Positions 1 through 8,596 of a DNA stretch of 49,846 bases are shown piece after piece. Source of the stretch: a virus (taxonomy: Duplodnaviria > Caudoviricetes); the IMG/VR virus record IMGVR_UViG_3300017565_000008, positions 1 through 49,846 of that record; one strand, given 5' to 3'. The translations under genes and the position numbers were made by a program. The stretch's first letter is position 1. Every line of letters starts with the position of its first letter. The notes under the pieces were generated by a model. The model did not search any database and was not told the DNA's origin. It saw only the letters and a list, made by a program, of their open reading frames with translations.

Positions 1-123
1 AGAAGAATTATACCGAACCAGGATGACCACCGACGACGTGGCTCAAGTTATGAAACATCGTTGCGGAAATGATTTGATTGTTTCTGATAGCGCAGAACCA
101 AGGTTAATACATGAGTTGCAGAA
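1..123. repeat. Terminal direct repeat, identical to 49724..49846 (circular assembly overlap)
   Basis: agaagaattataccgaacc...atgagttgcagaa occurs at both ends and lies inside the terminase ORF, which reads in frame across the junction. Confidence 0.95.
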
Positions 124-379
124 AAAGGGATTAAACGTTACTCCTGCCATTAAAGGTAAGGATAGTGTTAATACAGGAATTGCGTTATTGCAGAACTATA
201 CTCTTATTGTTGATCCAAAAAGCGTTAACTTGGTAAAGGAGCTAAACAATTATTCTTGGTCTGATAAGAAGTCAGAAACACCAATAGATGCACATAACCA
301 CCTTATTGATGCTATTCGTTATGCTGTTAGTAATGCGTTAACAGAAAAAGAAATTGATATAGATTTTTCGTTTATTTAA
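1..379 (+). CDS. terL: Terminase large subunit, C-terminal nuclease part (continues 48813..49846)
   Basis: DSAEPRLI, KGKDSVNTGI and PIDAHNHLIDAIRYA motifs of PBSX/SPP1-type TerL; in frame with the ATG at 48813, giving about 429 aa. Confidence 0.93.
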   Translation, partial: EELYRTRMTTDDVAQVMKHRCGNDLIVSDSAEPRLIHELQKKGLNVTPAIKGKDSVNTGIALLQNYTLIVDPKSVNLVKELNNYSWSDKKSETPIDAHNHLIDAIRYAVSNALTEKEIDIDFSFI

Positions 380-387
380 AAAAAGAT

Positions 388-418
388 TTTGTTTTCTCGA
401 ATATAGGTTGTATCTTTA
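388..418 (+). promoter_or_regulatory. Bacteroidota sigma-A-type promoter (early type)
   Basis: TTTG-N19-TATCTTTA; tatctttacaatatcaaat (411..429) recurs at 689..707. Confidence 0.7.
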
Positions 419-445
419 CAATATCAAATTAAAACAAAGAGTATT

Positions 446-658
446 ATGAAAAATTTAGAAAACATTAAAAATCAACTATTACAAGGTAATATGATTGAAT
501 TAACAAATGAAGAAGATAATTTAACCCTGTTTAAAGGTAAATTTGGTTTTGTTGCTATATTGAATGCAAAAACTTTATTTGGATTTAAAACTATCAATAC
601 ATTTATAAGTAGGTTAGAGTTGGAAATTGATAAAAGAAATTTAGAGTTACAAGATTAA
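446..658 (+). CDS. Hypothetical protein
   Basis: 70 aa ORF after a promoter with an A-rich leader. Confidence 0.7.
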   Translation: MKNLENIKNQLLQGNMIELTNEEDNLTLFKGKFGFVAILNAKTLFGFKTINTFISRLELEIDKRNLELQD

Positions 659-665
659 AATAAAT

Positions 666-696
666 TTTGTATTCTAAAACCAAAACACTATCTTTA
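666..696 (+). promoter_or_regulatory. Bacteroidota sigma-A-type promoter (early type)
   Basis: TTTG-N19-TATCTTTA, near duplicate of the promoter at 388. Confidence 0.7.
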
Positions 697-716
697 CAAT
701 ATCAAATAACAACAAC

Positions 717-863
717 ATGAAAACATTAATCGGAATTTTATTAATCGCATTAGGAATTTACCTAGCAACATTAACAGGTGGTATCGCTTTATTTGGATAT
801 AAGTTTATTATTGTGGGATTGGTTGTAGGTGTGGTTGGTCTTATTAAAACAGAGGAGGCTTAG
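717..863 (+). CDS. Small two-TM membrane protein (48 aa, not in ORF track)
   Basis: MKTLIGILLIALGIYLATLTGGIALFGYKFIIVGLVVGVVGLIKTEEA read from the sequence. Confidence 0.65.
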   Translation: MKTLIGILLIALGIYLATLTGGIALFGYKFIIVGLVVGVVGLIKTEEA

Positions 864-865
864 TT

Positions 866-1267
866 ATGAAAGAATTGATAAACAGCATCGTTAAAGCTAA
901 GTTCTACAGTAGAATTAACCACGTGCCAAGCAAGCTGAAGAATACATTTAAGGTTTTAATACTTGCCCTTGCGCTAACATCATGCGAGAAAGCAACAGAA
1001 CTTTCTCCAATAGAATACGACGATAAAACACGTGTTAGCATCTTCGCTGATAGTTGTGTGGTTCAGATTCTTATTGACGGCAAATACACCGAGTTTGGTT
1101 CTGCCACAACACAATCAACAAAATACATAACGCTAAGTGATTTTGAGTTCATTTCAATATACAGACTGTACGGTAAGCGTTTCAATGTTATTGTAAGTCG
1201 AGGTATGTATCAAAAGGTTTTCGACTTTAATCAGGTTGTTTACTATGAGAACAAGAAAATACAGTGA
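866..1267 (+). CDS. Putative lipoprotein
   Basis: Hydrophobic stretch ending in lipobox-like LALTSC. Confidence 0.55.
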   Translation: MKELINSIVKAKFYSRINHVPSKLKNTFKVLILALALTSCEKATELSPIEYDDKTRVSIFADSCVVQILIDGKYTEFGSATTQSTKYITLSDFEFISIYRLYGKRFNVIVSRGMYQKVFDFNQVVYYENKKIQ

Positions 1268-1445
1268 CCAGCTTAAGGGCGATTGCATTGAGAAATACGT
1301 TGGTTTAGGAATGACAAGCACTGAAATATCAAAGGAAATGAATGTGCCAGGCGAGATGGTGTTGAGATGGGTAGAGTTGTACCACAAAGGAAAGTGCCAA
1401 GTATTGCCAGGGCATAGTCGAATTATTGAAATTATAGTAAAATGA
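1236..1445 (+). CDS. Small helix-turn-helix protein
   Basis: GMTSTEISKEMNVPGEMVLRWV is HTH-like. Confidence 0.55.
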   Translation: MFTMRTRKYSDQLKGDCIEKYVGLGMTSTEISKEMNVPGEMVLRWVELYHKGKCQVLPGHSRIIEIIVK

Positions 1446-2128
1446 AAGAGAAAATCAAGAAAGCAATTAGGTTAAGAAAAAAGGGTATACACGTGTCCGA
1501 AATAGCAAAAAAAGTTGGTATTTCTACTGCAACAGTAAGTAAGTACACAAAGGACGTTAAGCCACCATCGCCAGGTGTTGGGTGTATGGAATTGGCTAAG
1601 AAAGGATATACAGCATTTGGAATAGCACTATTGAAAGACATTACGTATCGTGCTGTATGCGATAATACTAAAGGAATTATACTAGCCACTTTTCACGACG
1701 AGGATAAAGAAATGGTAATCGGATTGAGATTAGATGGATATAGTATCAACGAAGTTGAAAGAATAACCGGAATAAAACGTGGTAGGATAACCGAATACAC
1801 AAAGGGCATGAAAATAGGTTACTACTCAAATATAAAACCAAAAGAAACAAAGGTTATGAAGAAAGTAAAGAAAAAAGTTAAAGCCACACCAACGCAAATA
1901 GAACAGCGTGATATGCTTGGAAAGGGAATTGAGTCAGGAATATATTCTACAGCGGTAAAGCTAAGAGAAGATCGTGACGAGGGAAGGCTTGTTAAAATAT
2001 GCTATATGGAAAAATACGGAAATTCATATAAATATATATCGATTCGTGTTAGAGATAATGCTACAGACACAGAAGCCGGAGAAAGATTTTGTAGTAAATT
2101 TGATAAACTATTCCAATTCGTGTGTTAA
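1442..2128 (+). CDS. Multi-HTH DNA-binding protein
   Basis: Repeated HTH units LRKKGIHVSEIAKKVGISTATVSKY and LRLDGYSINEVERITGIKRGRITEY. Confidence 0.65.
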   Translation: MKEKIKKAIRLRKKGIHVSEIAKKVGISTATVSKYTKDVKPPSPGVGCMELAKKGYTAFGIALLKDITYRAVCDNTKGIILATFHDEDKEMVIGLRLDGYSINEVERITGIKRGRITEYTKGMKIGYYSNIKPKETKVMKKVKKKVKATPTQIEQRDMLGKGIESGIYSTAVKLREDRDEGRLVKICYMEKYGNSYKYISIRVRDNATDTEAGERFCSKFDKLFQFVC

Positions 2129-2148
2129 CAAAATTTTTAGTATATTTG

Positions 2149-2257
2149 TGTAGTGTTACAGCATCTCACAATTAGTAACGAATATAAAAGATATTGCCCT
2201 GTTAATTGATGTTGAGGTGAGATGCAACGGATATTAATAGGGTTTTTTAGTTATACA
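2149..2257 (+). ncRNA. Structured leader 1 (kissing-loop hairpin pair plus U-tract) upstream of HEG1
   Basis: After TATATTTG (2141..2148): hairpin GTTAC/GTAAC with loop containing CATCTCAC (2162..2169); hairpin 2196..2243 with loop containing GTGAGATG (2217..2224); T-run; ATG at 2258. Confidence 0.7.
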
Positions 2258-3244
2258 ATGTCAAGAAGATTAACGACTCAAGAATTTATAGAAAAATCAA
2301 AGTGCGTTCACGGAGATAAATACAACTATGATAAGGTTATATATGTAATGTCTAATAAAAAAGTAATTATACATTGCTACAAACATGGTGATTTTGAACA
2401 AACACCTAATAGTCATTTATGCGGCAGAGGGTGTAATGAGTGCGCTAAAGAAATAACATCAACAAAATTGTCTGGAAATAATTGTTTATTTATTGAAAAA
2501 GCAAAATTAAAACACGGAAATAAATACGATTATAAATTAGTGTGTTATAAAAACAATAGGACAAAAGTGAAAATAATCTGTCCTATACACGATGTATTTG
2601 AGCAAACACCCGCGCATCATTTAAATGGGGGTTGCGAAAAATGTGGTAGAAGTATTATTAACTTTAAAAACAAGAAAAGCATTAGTGATGTTATAAAAGA
2701 TTTTAAAAAAATACATGGTGACAGATACGATTACTCACTTGTTGATTATAAAAAATGGAATTTAAATATAAAAATAAAATGCAATATTCATGGAGTTTTT
2801 GAGCAAACTCCGAATAAACATTTAAATGGTAATGGGTGTTATAAATGTGGCAGAGATAGTATATCTATTAAAAACCGTATTAACTCCACAACTTGGGGGT
2901 TCTCTAAATGGTGCGATGCGGCATTTAAAAGTAAGGTATTCGACTCTTTCAAAGTTTACATAATAAAATGTTGGAACGAAACAGAAACATTCTACAAGAT
3001 AGGAAGGACTTATAGATTAACTAAATATAGGTTTAATAGTAAAAGAGACTTACCATATAACTATGAGGTTGTAAAAGAATTAGTATTTGACAAACGAGCA
3101 GAAATGATTGATAATGCTATAGATTGCTTTTATAAAGAAATAGACTTAAAGAGAATAAATAAAGAATTAAAATATACACCGATGTTGTTTTTTAAGGGTA
3201 TGAACGAATGTTTTTCAGAGATAAATTTTGATATATTAAATTAA
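2258..3244 (+). CDS. HEG1: homing endonuclease with three DUF723/CapR-like Zn-ribbon repeats and a C-terminal GIY-YIG-like (T5orf172-like) domain
   Basis: Repeats HGDKYDY..V.Y......V.I.C..HG.FEQTP..HL.G.GC..C; C-terminal VYIIKCWN..E.FYKIGRT. Start moved to MSRRLTTQEF. Confidence 0.8.
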   Translation: MSRRLTTQEFIEKSKCVHGDKYNYDKVIYVMSNKKVIIHCYKHGDFEQTPNSHLCGRGCNECAKEITSTKLSGNNCLFIEKAKLKHGNKYDYKLVCYKNNRTKVKIICPIHDVFEQTPAHHLNGGCEKCGRSIINFKNKKSISDVIKDFKKIHGDRYDYSLVDYKKWNLNIKIKCNIHGVFEQTPNKHLNGNGCYKCGRDSISIKNRINSTTWGFSKWCDAAFKSKVFDSFKVYIIKCWNETETFYKIGRTYRLTKYRFNSKRDLPYNYEVVKELVFDKRAEMIDNAIDCFYKEIDLKRINKELKYTPMLFFKGMNECFSEINFDILN

Positions 3245-3279
3245 GTGTCTATATTTACAGAAATTAAAACACATATACA

Positions 3280-3819
3280 ATGGAAGAAGCTAAAAAAGTT
3301 TACACTGAGTCGACACCAAGATTGATTGAGTTGCATAAGAGTTATGTCGGAAGAAAGAATGTTGTGAAAAACTATGTAGATATTGAATATTTTGACAACG
3401 TAAACAGTAGTGATGAAACAGGGTATTTCTGGGCAAGTCATTTACGCGAGTTCACTTATAACCATATTGGCGGCTACACCAAACTATCCGAACAAGAATT
3501 TATTGAGTTTATGGGGTTGGAAGATTGTCAATTGGTTTCTAATAATGCTAAAAAAGAAACATCCGGCAAGCTGTCATACGAAATAGATTGGACATTTATT
3601 AAACATATGGCGGAAAGAATGGATTCAAATAAAGGTAAATACGAACCTTATAATTGGGTTAAGCCCATGAGTAACCCAAAAGATTTATTAAACGCAATTA
3701 CAAGGCATTTAGTAGCATTGCACGAGGGTGTTATGGAAGATGATGGAAGACCATATGGGCATATTGAAGCAATAGCTTGCGACGCAATGATGTATTTCAG
3801 GCAGATTGTTAATAAATAA
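3280..3819 (+). CDS. Protein with C-terminal dATP/dGTP diphosphohydrolase-like (DUF5664) domain
   Basis: KYEPYNWVKP...LLNAITRHL...D.G..H....AC pattern. Confidence 0.65.
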   Translation: MEEAKKVYTESTPRLIELHKSYVGRKNVVKNYVDIEYFDNVNSSDETGYFWASHLREFTYNHIGGYTKLSEQEFIEFMGLEDCQLVSNNAKKETSGKLSYEIDWTFIKHMAERMDSNKGKYEPYNWVKPMSNPKDLLNAITRHLVALHEGVMEDDGRPYGHIEAIACDAMMYFRQIVNK

Positions 3820-3834
3820 TTTTTCGTATATTTG

Positions 3835-3925
3835 TATAACGCAGTCACGGGCGTATGTAAGATATTTTAATAATAGAGTTGGTTAGTAGGGAACCGTGAC
3901 CCCGAACGCCTACTCTATTTTTTTT
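3835..3925 (+). ncRNA. Structured leader 2 (kissing-loop hairpin pair plus U-tract) upstream of HNH gene
   Basis: After TATATTTG (3827..3834): hairpin ACGC/GCGT with loop AGTCACGG; hairpin AATAGAGT...ACTCTATT (3872..3919) with apical loop AACCGTGAC; T-run; ATG at 3926. Confidence 0.7.
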
Positions 3926-4531
3926 ATGGAAAATTATTTTAATAGAAGTTTTAACTATTTGTCGCTTGTAGAAAAGACAACAAAAAGTAAGTCTATTTAC
4001 AATTGTGGAGTTTGTGGTTTTAACAAGGAAATACACGATTACAAGGTTTTAAGCGGTCATGATAAAACTTGCGGATGTAGAAATGGGGCTAACAATAATA
4101 TAGTTTTAGATATTTCTACTGATGGTAAAATAAGGACACAAACTGGTTTAATATTAAACTCAAACATGGCTAACGGATATGAAGGAATTTCGGTTGGTGA
4201 AATAAAGGACTATGTACACAGGGTTGTCGCATCAAAATTCATCCCTAATCCCAATAATTATACAGATGTAAATCATATAGACGGAAATAAAAAAAACAAT
4301 AATGTTAATAATTTAGAATGGTGTGATAGAAGTTACAATTTAAATCATGCTATATCTACAGGATTGAAGGTTTATAAAAAGGGATTAAAAAATAAACAAA
4401 GAAGGTTTTCAGATGTGGAAATAGATTATATAAGAAACTCTAATAAAGGGTCAACGACAATTGGTAGAGAATTAGGTGTGTCTAAAACTACAATTCAAAA
4501 TATTAGGAGAGGGTTAATTTACAAGGTATAA
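3926..4531 (+). CDS. HNH homing endonuclease (HNH_3-like with C-terminal HTH)
   Basis: YVHRVVASKFIPNP...VNHIDGNKKNNNVNNLEWC...N..HA; C-terminal GRELGVSKTTIQNIRRG. Confidence 0.88.
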   Translation: MENYFNRSFNYLSLVEKTTKSKSIYNCGVCGFNKEIHDYKVLSGHDKTCGCRNGANNNIVLDISTDGKIRTQTGLILNSNMANGYEGISVGEIKDYVHRVVASKFIPNPNNYTDVNHIDGNKKNNNVNNLEWCDRSYNLNHAISTGLKVYKKGLKNKQRRFSDVEIDYIRNSNKGSTTIGRELGVSKTTIQNIRRGLIYKV

Positions 4532-4610
4532 ACACAAGAACGGTTTAGAGGATTTAAAGAAAGCGGAATTTTATTTAAAGAAATTGATTGAGGGATATGG
4601 AAAAGATTAA
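4518..4610 (+). pseudogene. C-terminal remnant of a DUF3310 (SaV-like) gene
   Basis: Frame reads FTRYKHKNGLEDLKKAEFYLKKLIEGYGKD*, has no start codon and is preceded by an in-frame TAA at 4515. Confidence 0.65.
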
Positions 4611-4761
4611 ACAACTTTGCGGAAGTAATATGGTTTATTGCAAAATGCTTAAATTGTATAACAACTTTGAAATGCCAATAGGCGCAAGACACAGATTGGT
4701 TGTTGAAGATAAAAATGAACAAGAAAAGTTTTTAAAGTTTTTACTTGCAGAACTGAAATAG
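4597..4761 (+). CDS. Hypothetical protein (54 aa, not in ORF track)
   Basis: MEKIKQLCGSNMVY...FLLAELK*; fills the gap between neighbouring genes. Confidence 0.5.
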   Translation: MEKIKQLCGSNMVYCKMLKLYNNFEMPIGARHRLVVEDKNEQEKFLKFLLAELK

Positions 4762-4779
4762 AAGTGTTACTTTTGCTAC

Positions 4780-5130
4780 ATGAAAAAGAAAATAGAATTA
4801 ACAAAAGAACAGGCAGAGGGATTGTACTATAACATAAATAGTTACTTTCTTGCATTGCGTGTGGCCGAGATGATTGATAAGACAATGTTCGGTCGTTTAA
4901 AGTTCGGCACACCAACAATGAATAACCATCTTAGAAAAGCACGCGAAAGCATTCAGGCTCTTCTAGTTGAGTTCAATAAAGTATTTAGAGCTAAAGACAC
5001 TGACATGGTAGAATACGACGCACCTGCGGCTTTATTTGAGGTATTGGAGTATTTCTCACGGATGCCACCAGAACAGATTGAAGAAACTTTAAAAAATATA
5101 AAAGATTATGAATTACCAAGAAAAAGTTAG
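4780..5130 (+). CDS. Hypothetical protein
   Basis: 116 aa ORF; TACTTTTG ends 4 nt before the ATG. Confidence 0.7.
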   Translation: MKKKIELTKEQAEGLYYNINSYFLALRVAEMIDKTMFGRLKFGTPTMNNHLRKARESIQALLVEFNKVFRAKDTDMVEYDAPAALFEVLEYFSRMPPEQIEETLKNIKDYELPRKS

Positions 5131-5713
5131 AGAATTTCAAATCGCATCGGGACAACCTGTAAGCGATACACCACGGGAGTTAACAAAAGAAGAATACGAC
5201 TTCCGTGATAATTTGTTACGTGAAGAAATACGAGAATTGCAATACGCTATTGTTGACAATAACCGTGTTGAGATATTGGACGCTTTGTGTGATATTAAAT
5301 ACGTAAATGACGGGACAGCTAATCAAATGGGTCGAGAAAACGAGGAGGTCGAGGATATTTTTTGGCATAACAAAATTTTCACTAAGACTGTAAATAAATT
5401 AGTTGAATCTTTAATTGACATCAAGTGCGATGAGGTTGAAACTATAAACGCATTAGTTGGTATTATTGCATCAAGTATAGGCCTCACACTAGAAAACTTC
5501 AAAACAGCTTTAGATCGTGTCCATGATTCAAATATGTCTAAGTTCTGCTACGATATTAAGACAGCTCAAAGTACTAGGGATTTCTATTCTAGGCAAGGTA
5601 TTGACACGTATATCGAACCACGAGAAAAGAAGTTTGTAGTTTATCGTTCAGGTGATGGAAAGGTCCTCAAAAGTACTGACTTCTACCCTCCATACTTAGA
5701 AGATTTAGTTTAA
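5108..5713 (+). CDS. MazG/HisE-like nucleoside triphosphate pyrophosphohydrolase
   Basis: LLREEIREL...EILDALCDIKYV...RVHDSNMSK...DGKVLKS. Confidence 0.85.
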   Translation: MNYQEKVREFQIASGQPVSDTPRELTKEEYDFRDNLLREEIRELQYAIVDNNRVEILDALCDIKYVNDGTANQMGRENEEVEDIFWHNKIFTKTVNKLVESLIDIKCDEVETINALVGIIASSIGLTLENFKTALDRVHDSNMSKFCYDIKTAQSTRDFYSRQGIDTYIEPREKKFVVYRSGDGKVLKSTDFYPPYLEDLV

Positions 5714-5719
5714 AACAAG

Positions 5720-5744
5720 AGCGAGAAAAAAAATCTCGCTTTTT
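5720..5744 (+). terminator. Intrinsic terminator
   Basis: AGCGAGA/TCTCGCT hairpin followed by a T-run. Confidence 0.65.
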
Positions 5745-5781
5745 ATTTTGAATTATGAAAAGGATTTACTAATTTAGCGTT

Positions 5782-6102
5782 ATGAAAAAAGAAACAATAT
5801 TTAGAAAGGTGCTTGTCGAGGATAGGTTACCCGAATTTTGCCAAACAAAAATATTCATAGACAAATTAGGAGCAAGCGCTCAATTTTCTATTGACAGTGT
5901 AGATGTAGCATATTGCAGAGTAAATAGAGAATTTGTTACAGTCGAAGTAATAAAAAACGATTATGAATACTGGCTCGAAGAAATCCAGTTGCCTAGTGAG
6001 GAGGATATACAGAAACAGATGGACAGCCGTAATAATTTTTTAATGTTAGGATTTATTAAAGGCGCAAACTACATCCTCGGATTTATTAACAATAAGAAAT
6101 AG
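5782..6102 (+). CDS. Hypothetical protein
   Basis: 106 aa; VEDRLPE motif common in small phage proteins. Confidence 0.65.
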   Translation: MKKETIFRKVLVEDRLPEFCQTKIFIDKLGASAQFSIDSVDVAYCRVNREFVTVEVIKNDYEYWLEEIQLPSEEDIQKQMDSRNNFLMLGFIKGANYILGFINNKK

Positions 6103-6106
6103 AGAA

Positions 6107-6307
6107 ATGGATAAAACAGAAATAGGGCTTCAAGTGGCAAACGCTATTTTCCGTCAATTACAATTAGATAACAACCACAGGATAGTTGCGTGGATTTATA
6201 ACGTAAAAGGCTATCCAAATATGTTCAGGATAGCTTTTACTGATGGAACAGATGCAGTTGCAACTCTTGGAGCGTGTTTAGAATCTGTAATAGAAATATC
6301 TTATTAA
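6107..6307 (+). CDS. Hypothetical protein
   Basis: 66 aa ORF in a tightly packed operon. Confidence 0.6.
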   Translation: MDKTEIGLQVANAIFRQLQLDNNHRIVAWIYNVKGYPNMFRIAFTDGTDAVATLGACLESVIEISY

Positions 6308-6328
6308 ACAAAACCAAATAAAAACACT

Positions 6329-6598
6329 ATGACACAGGAATTTAAAGGGTCAACACCACCATGGTACATAGACAACGATACAAATCAATTGGTTATAACC
6401 AACAGCGATGAAACAAAAGCGGTTGCGTTTATTCCCAAACGAAGCGATAACGCAAAAGCGGATTCAGTTTTGATCAAGCACGCTCCCGAAATGTTGGAGA
6501 TGTTGAAGTATCTGTATGAATTAACAGAGTATTTTGATGAATGGGGCGAGGAAAGAGAAAAAATAAGTGAACTAATCACTAAAGCAACTACGATATGA
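6329..6598 (+). CDS. Hypothetical phage protein
   Basis: TPPW...A.LI..APEMLEML motif of a widespread small phage family. Confidence 0.7.
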   Translation: MTQEFKGSTPPWYIDNDTNQLVITNSDETKAVAFIPKRSDNAKADSVLIKHAPEMLEMLKYLYELTEYFDEWGEEREKISELITKATTI

Positions 6599-6984
6599 TA
6601 AAGGAATTTAGAAATACAGGAAAACAACGAGCGGAGGAATACAGCAAGTTTGCTGGAACGTTCAAATCTGGAATAGATTACTTCACAGGGTACACACGTG
6701 CCTTAGAAGATGTACAAGAGGAAATCGATCAATCAGAAACTTACCAAAAAGGATTTGTAGCCCTCCAAGAAGCTGTATTGAAGTCAGCAGAAAAAAACAA
6801 AGAGTTGGTGGAGATGTTGGGGCGATGCAAAAAGTCATTGGATTGGATTTATGAGAAGTGTCCTGCTCCTGTTTTAGATACGCAAGAAGAAGTGGAAAAC
6901 ATGACAGAATATGTTTTTTACCGTAGACAAGAAATTAAGACACTATTACATTCTTTAAAGAAAGGAAAAACTGATGCAGTCTAA
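6595..6984 (+). CDS. Hypothetical protein
   Basis: 129 aa; ATGA overlap with the upstream gene. Confidence 0.65.
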   Translation: MIKEFRNTGKQRAEEYSKFAGTFKSGIDYFTGYTRALEDVQEEIDQSETYQKGFVALQEAVLKSAEKNKELVEMLGRCKKSLDWIYEKCPAPVLDTQEEVENMTEYVFYRRQEIKTLLHSLKKGKTDAV

Positions 6985-7240
6985 AATAAATGAAAAAGCA
7001 ATCGAGCTTGTTAATAAGTTCATGCAACCAATTGACCAATTAGGAAGCTATCCAATGTGTTACGAAACAGCAAAGCAATGCGCTTTAATACATGTTGATG
7101 GTATTATCGAACAATGGGAGTATATCGACACCTATTTAGCAGATGCTCAAGGCGAGCTTAACCCTAACCTTCGATACTGGCAGGATGTTAAACAAGAAGT
7201 CATCGGATCGATCCACACCACCCACGATAAAGGAAAGTAA
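6974..7240 (+). CDS. Hypothetical phage protein
   Basis: AKQCALI.VD.I...YWQDVKQE motif. Confidence 0.7.
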   Translation: MQSKINEKAIELVNKFMQPIDQLGSYPMCYETAKQCALIHVDGIIEQWEYIDTYLADAQGELNPNLRYWQDVKQEVIGSIHTTHDKGK

Positions 7241-7378
7241 TGGCATTTATCATAAAAATCGTTTTTTCAATTATTGTTTTTTGTTGGGTTTATTTGTTGA
7301 TAATGTTCGTCTACGATTCAATGTCAAATAAATACAATTAAATTTGCTATTAACACATTTAGTTACTATCTTTGATTT

Positions 7379-7609
7379 ATGATAGATAGAGAAAGAGCAT
7401 TAGTGGCGAGTAAGGATTCGTACGAGTTACTAAAAAACTGGGAAGAGCCTATTTTCAAAACAACACAAGAATGGTTGGAATCAGGCGAAATAAGATATCC
7501 ATATTTAATATGGGATGAAGACCAATGGACAGGTTCTGTTTCGTTGAATAGATTAGAGTTTAGGTCTAATGGAGAGCCTTATATAAAAAGTATGGTTATT
7601 TTTGAGTAA
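7379..7609 (+). CDS. Hypothetical protein
   Basis: 76 aa; TATCTTTG ends 4 nt before the ATG. Confidence 0.65.
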   Translation: MIDRERALVASKDSYELLKNWEEPIFKTTQEWLESGEIRYPYLIWDEDQWTGSVSLNRLEFRSNGEPYIKSMVIFE

Positions 7610-7618
7610 ATTTATTTT

Positions 7619-8596
7619 ATGTCAAAAGTTATAACAACAGAATATTTTATTAAAAAAGCTAAATCTATTCACGGAGATAAATACAACTATGATAAGGTTA
7701 TATATGTAATGTCTAATAAAAAAGTAATTATACATTGCTACAAACATGGTGATTTTGAACAAACACCTGGAAATCATTGTCATAAAAGAAATCCACAAGG
7801 CTGCCCACAATGCGGTATAGATAGAAAGAGTGATTTTTTCAGTTTCAATACTGATGAATTTATTAAAAAATCTAAAGAAAAACACGGTGATAGATACGAC
7901 TATTCTCTTGTTGATTATAAAAACTCAAGAGAAAAAGTAAAGATTATTTGTGGAGAACACGGTGTTTTTGAGCAAAGAGCCGTTAATCACTTAGGTGGTT
8001 TTGGATGCGTTAAATGCGCTAACGATAAAGTATCTTCTATAAAATCTTATGATACAAAAGACTTTATAGAAAAAGCAATAAAAACACATGGTTATAAGTA
8101 TGATTACACTTTAGTAAAGTACGTTAATTCTCAAAACAAGGTTAAAATAATTTGTCCAATTCATGGTGTCTTTGAACAGAAAGCAAACAACCATTTGAAT
8201 AATAGGGGATGTTATAAATGTTCTAGAGATGTTGTTTCAAGGCGTCACAAAGAAAAACCACAGGGGTGGAATATTACTAGTTGGCAGAAAAAAGCCGAAC
8301 AAGCTAAAAATTTCGATAGTTTCAAAGTTTATATAATTAAATGTTGGAATGAAAATGAAGAATTTTATAAGATTGGAAGAACTTATAATACAATAAAACG
8401 AAGATTTACAGGTAAATACAATATGCCATATAATTATGAAGTTTTAAAAGAAATCATATTCCACAACGCGAAGGATTGTTTTGACAAAGAGAATGAGTTA
8501 AAGTTGTTACATAAAAATTTTAAGAAGATACCATCAATAAAATTCAACGGTATGAACGAATGTTTTTCAGAGATAAATTTTGATATATTAAATTAA
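7619..8596 (+). CDS. HEG2: Zn-ribbon-repeat plus GIY-YIG-like homing endonuclease (paralogue of HEG1)
   Basis: Same repeats and FDSFKVYIIKCWN..E.FYKIGRT domain. Confidence 0.8.
   Translation: MSKVITTEYFIKKAKSIHGDKYNYDKVIYVMSNKKVIIHCYKHGDFEQTPGNHCHKRNPQGCPQCGIDRKSDFFSFNTDEFIKKSKEKHGDRYDYSLVDYKNSREKVKIICGEHGVFEQRAVNHLGGFGCVKCANDKVSSIKSYDTKDFIEKAIKTHGYKYDYTLVKYVNSQNKVKIICPIHGVFEQKANNHLNNRGCYKCSRDVVSRRHKEKPQGWNITSWQKKAEQAKNFDSFKVYIIKCWNENEEFYKIGRTYNTIKRRFTGKYNMPYNYEVLKEIIFHNAKDCFDKENELKLLHKNFKKIPSIKFNGMNECFSEINFDILN

Noticed and set aside
1-123. Terminal repeat as a biological DTR
   Set aside because: It falls mid-terL and the gene reads in frame once one copy is removed, as expected for a circular assembly overlap.
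3280-3819. 2-aminoadenine (Z) genome
   Set aside because: No PurZ, HD-domain dATPase or dedicated DNA polymerase was recognised.
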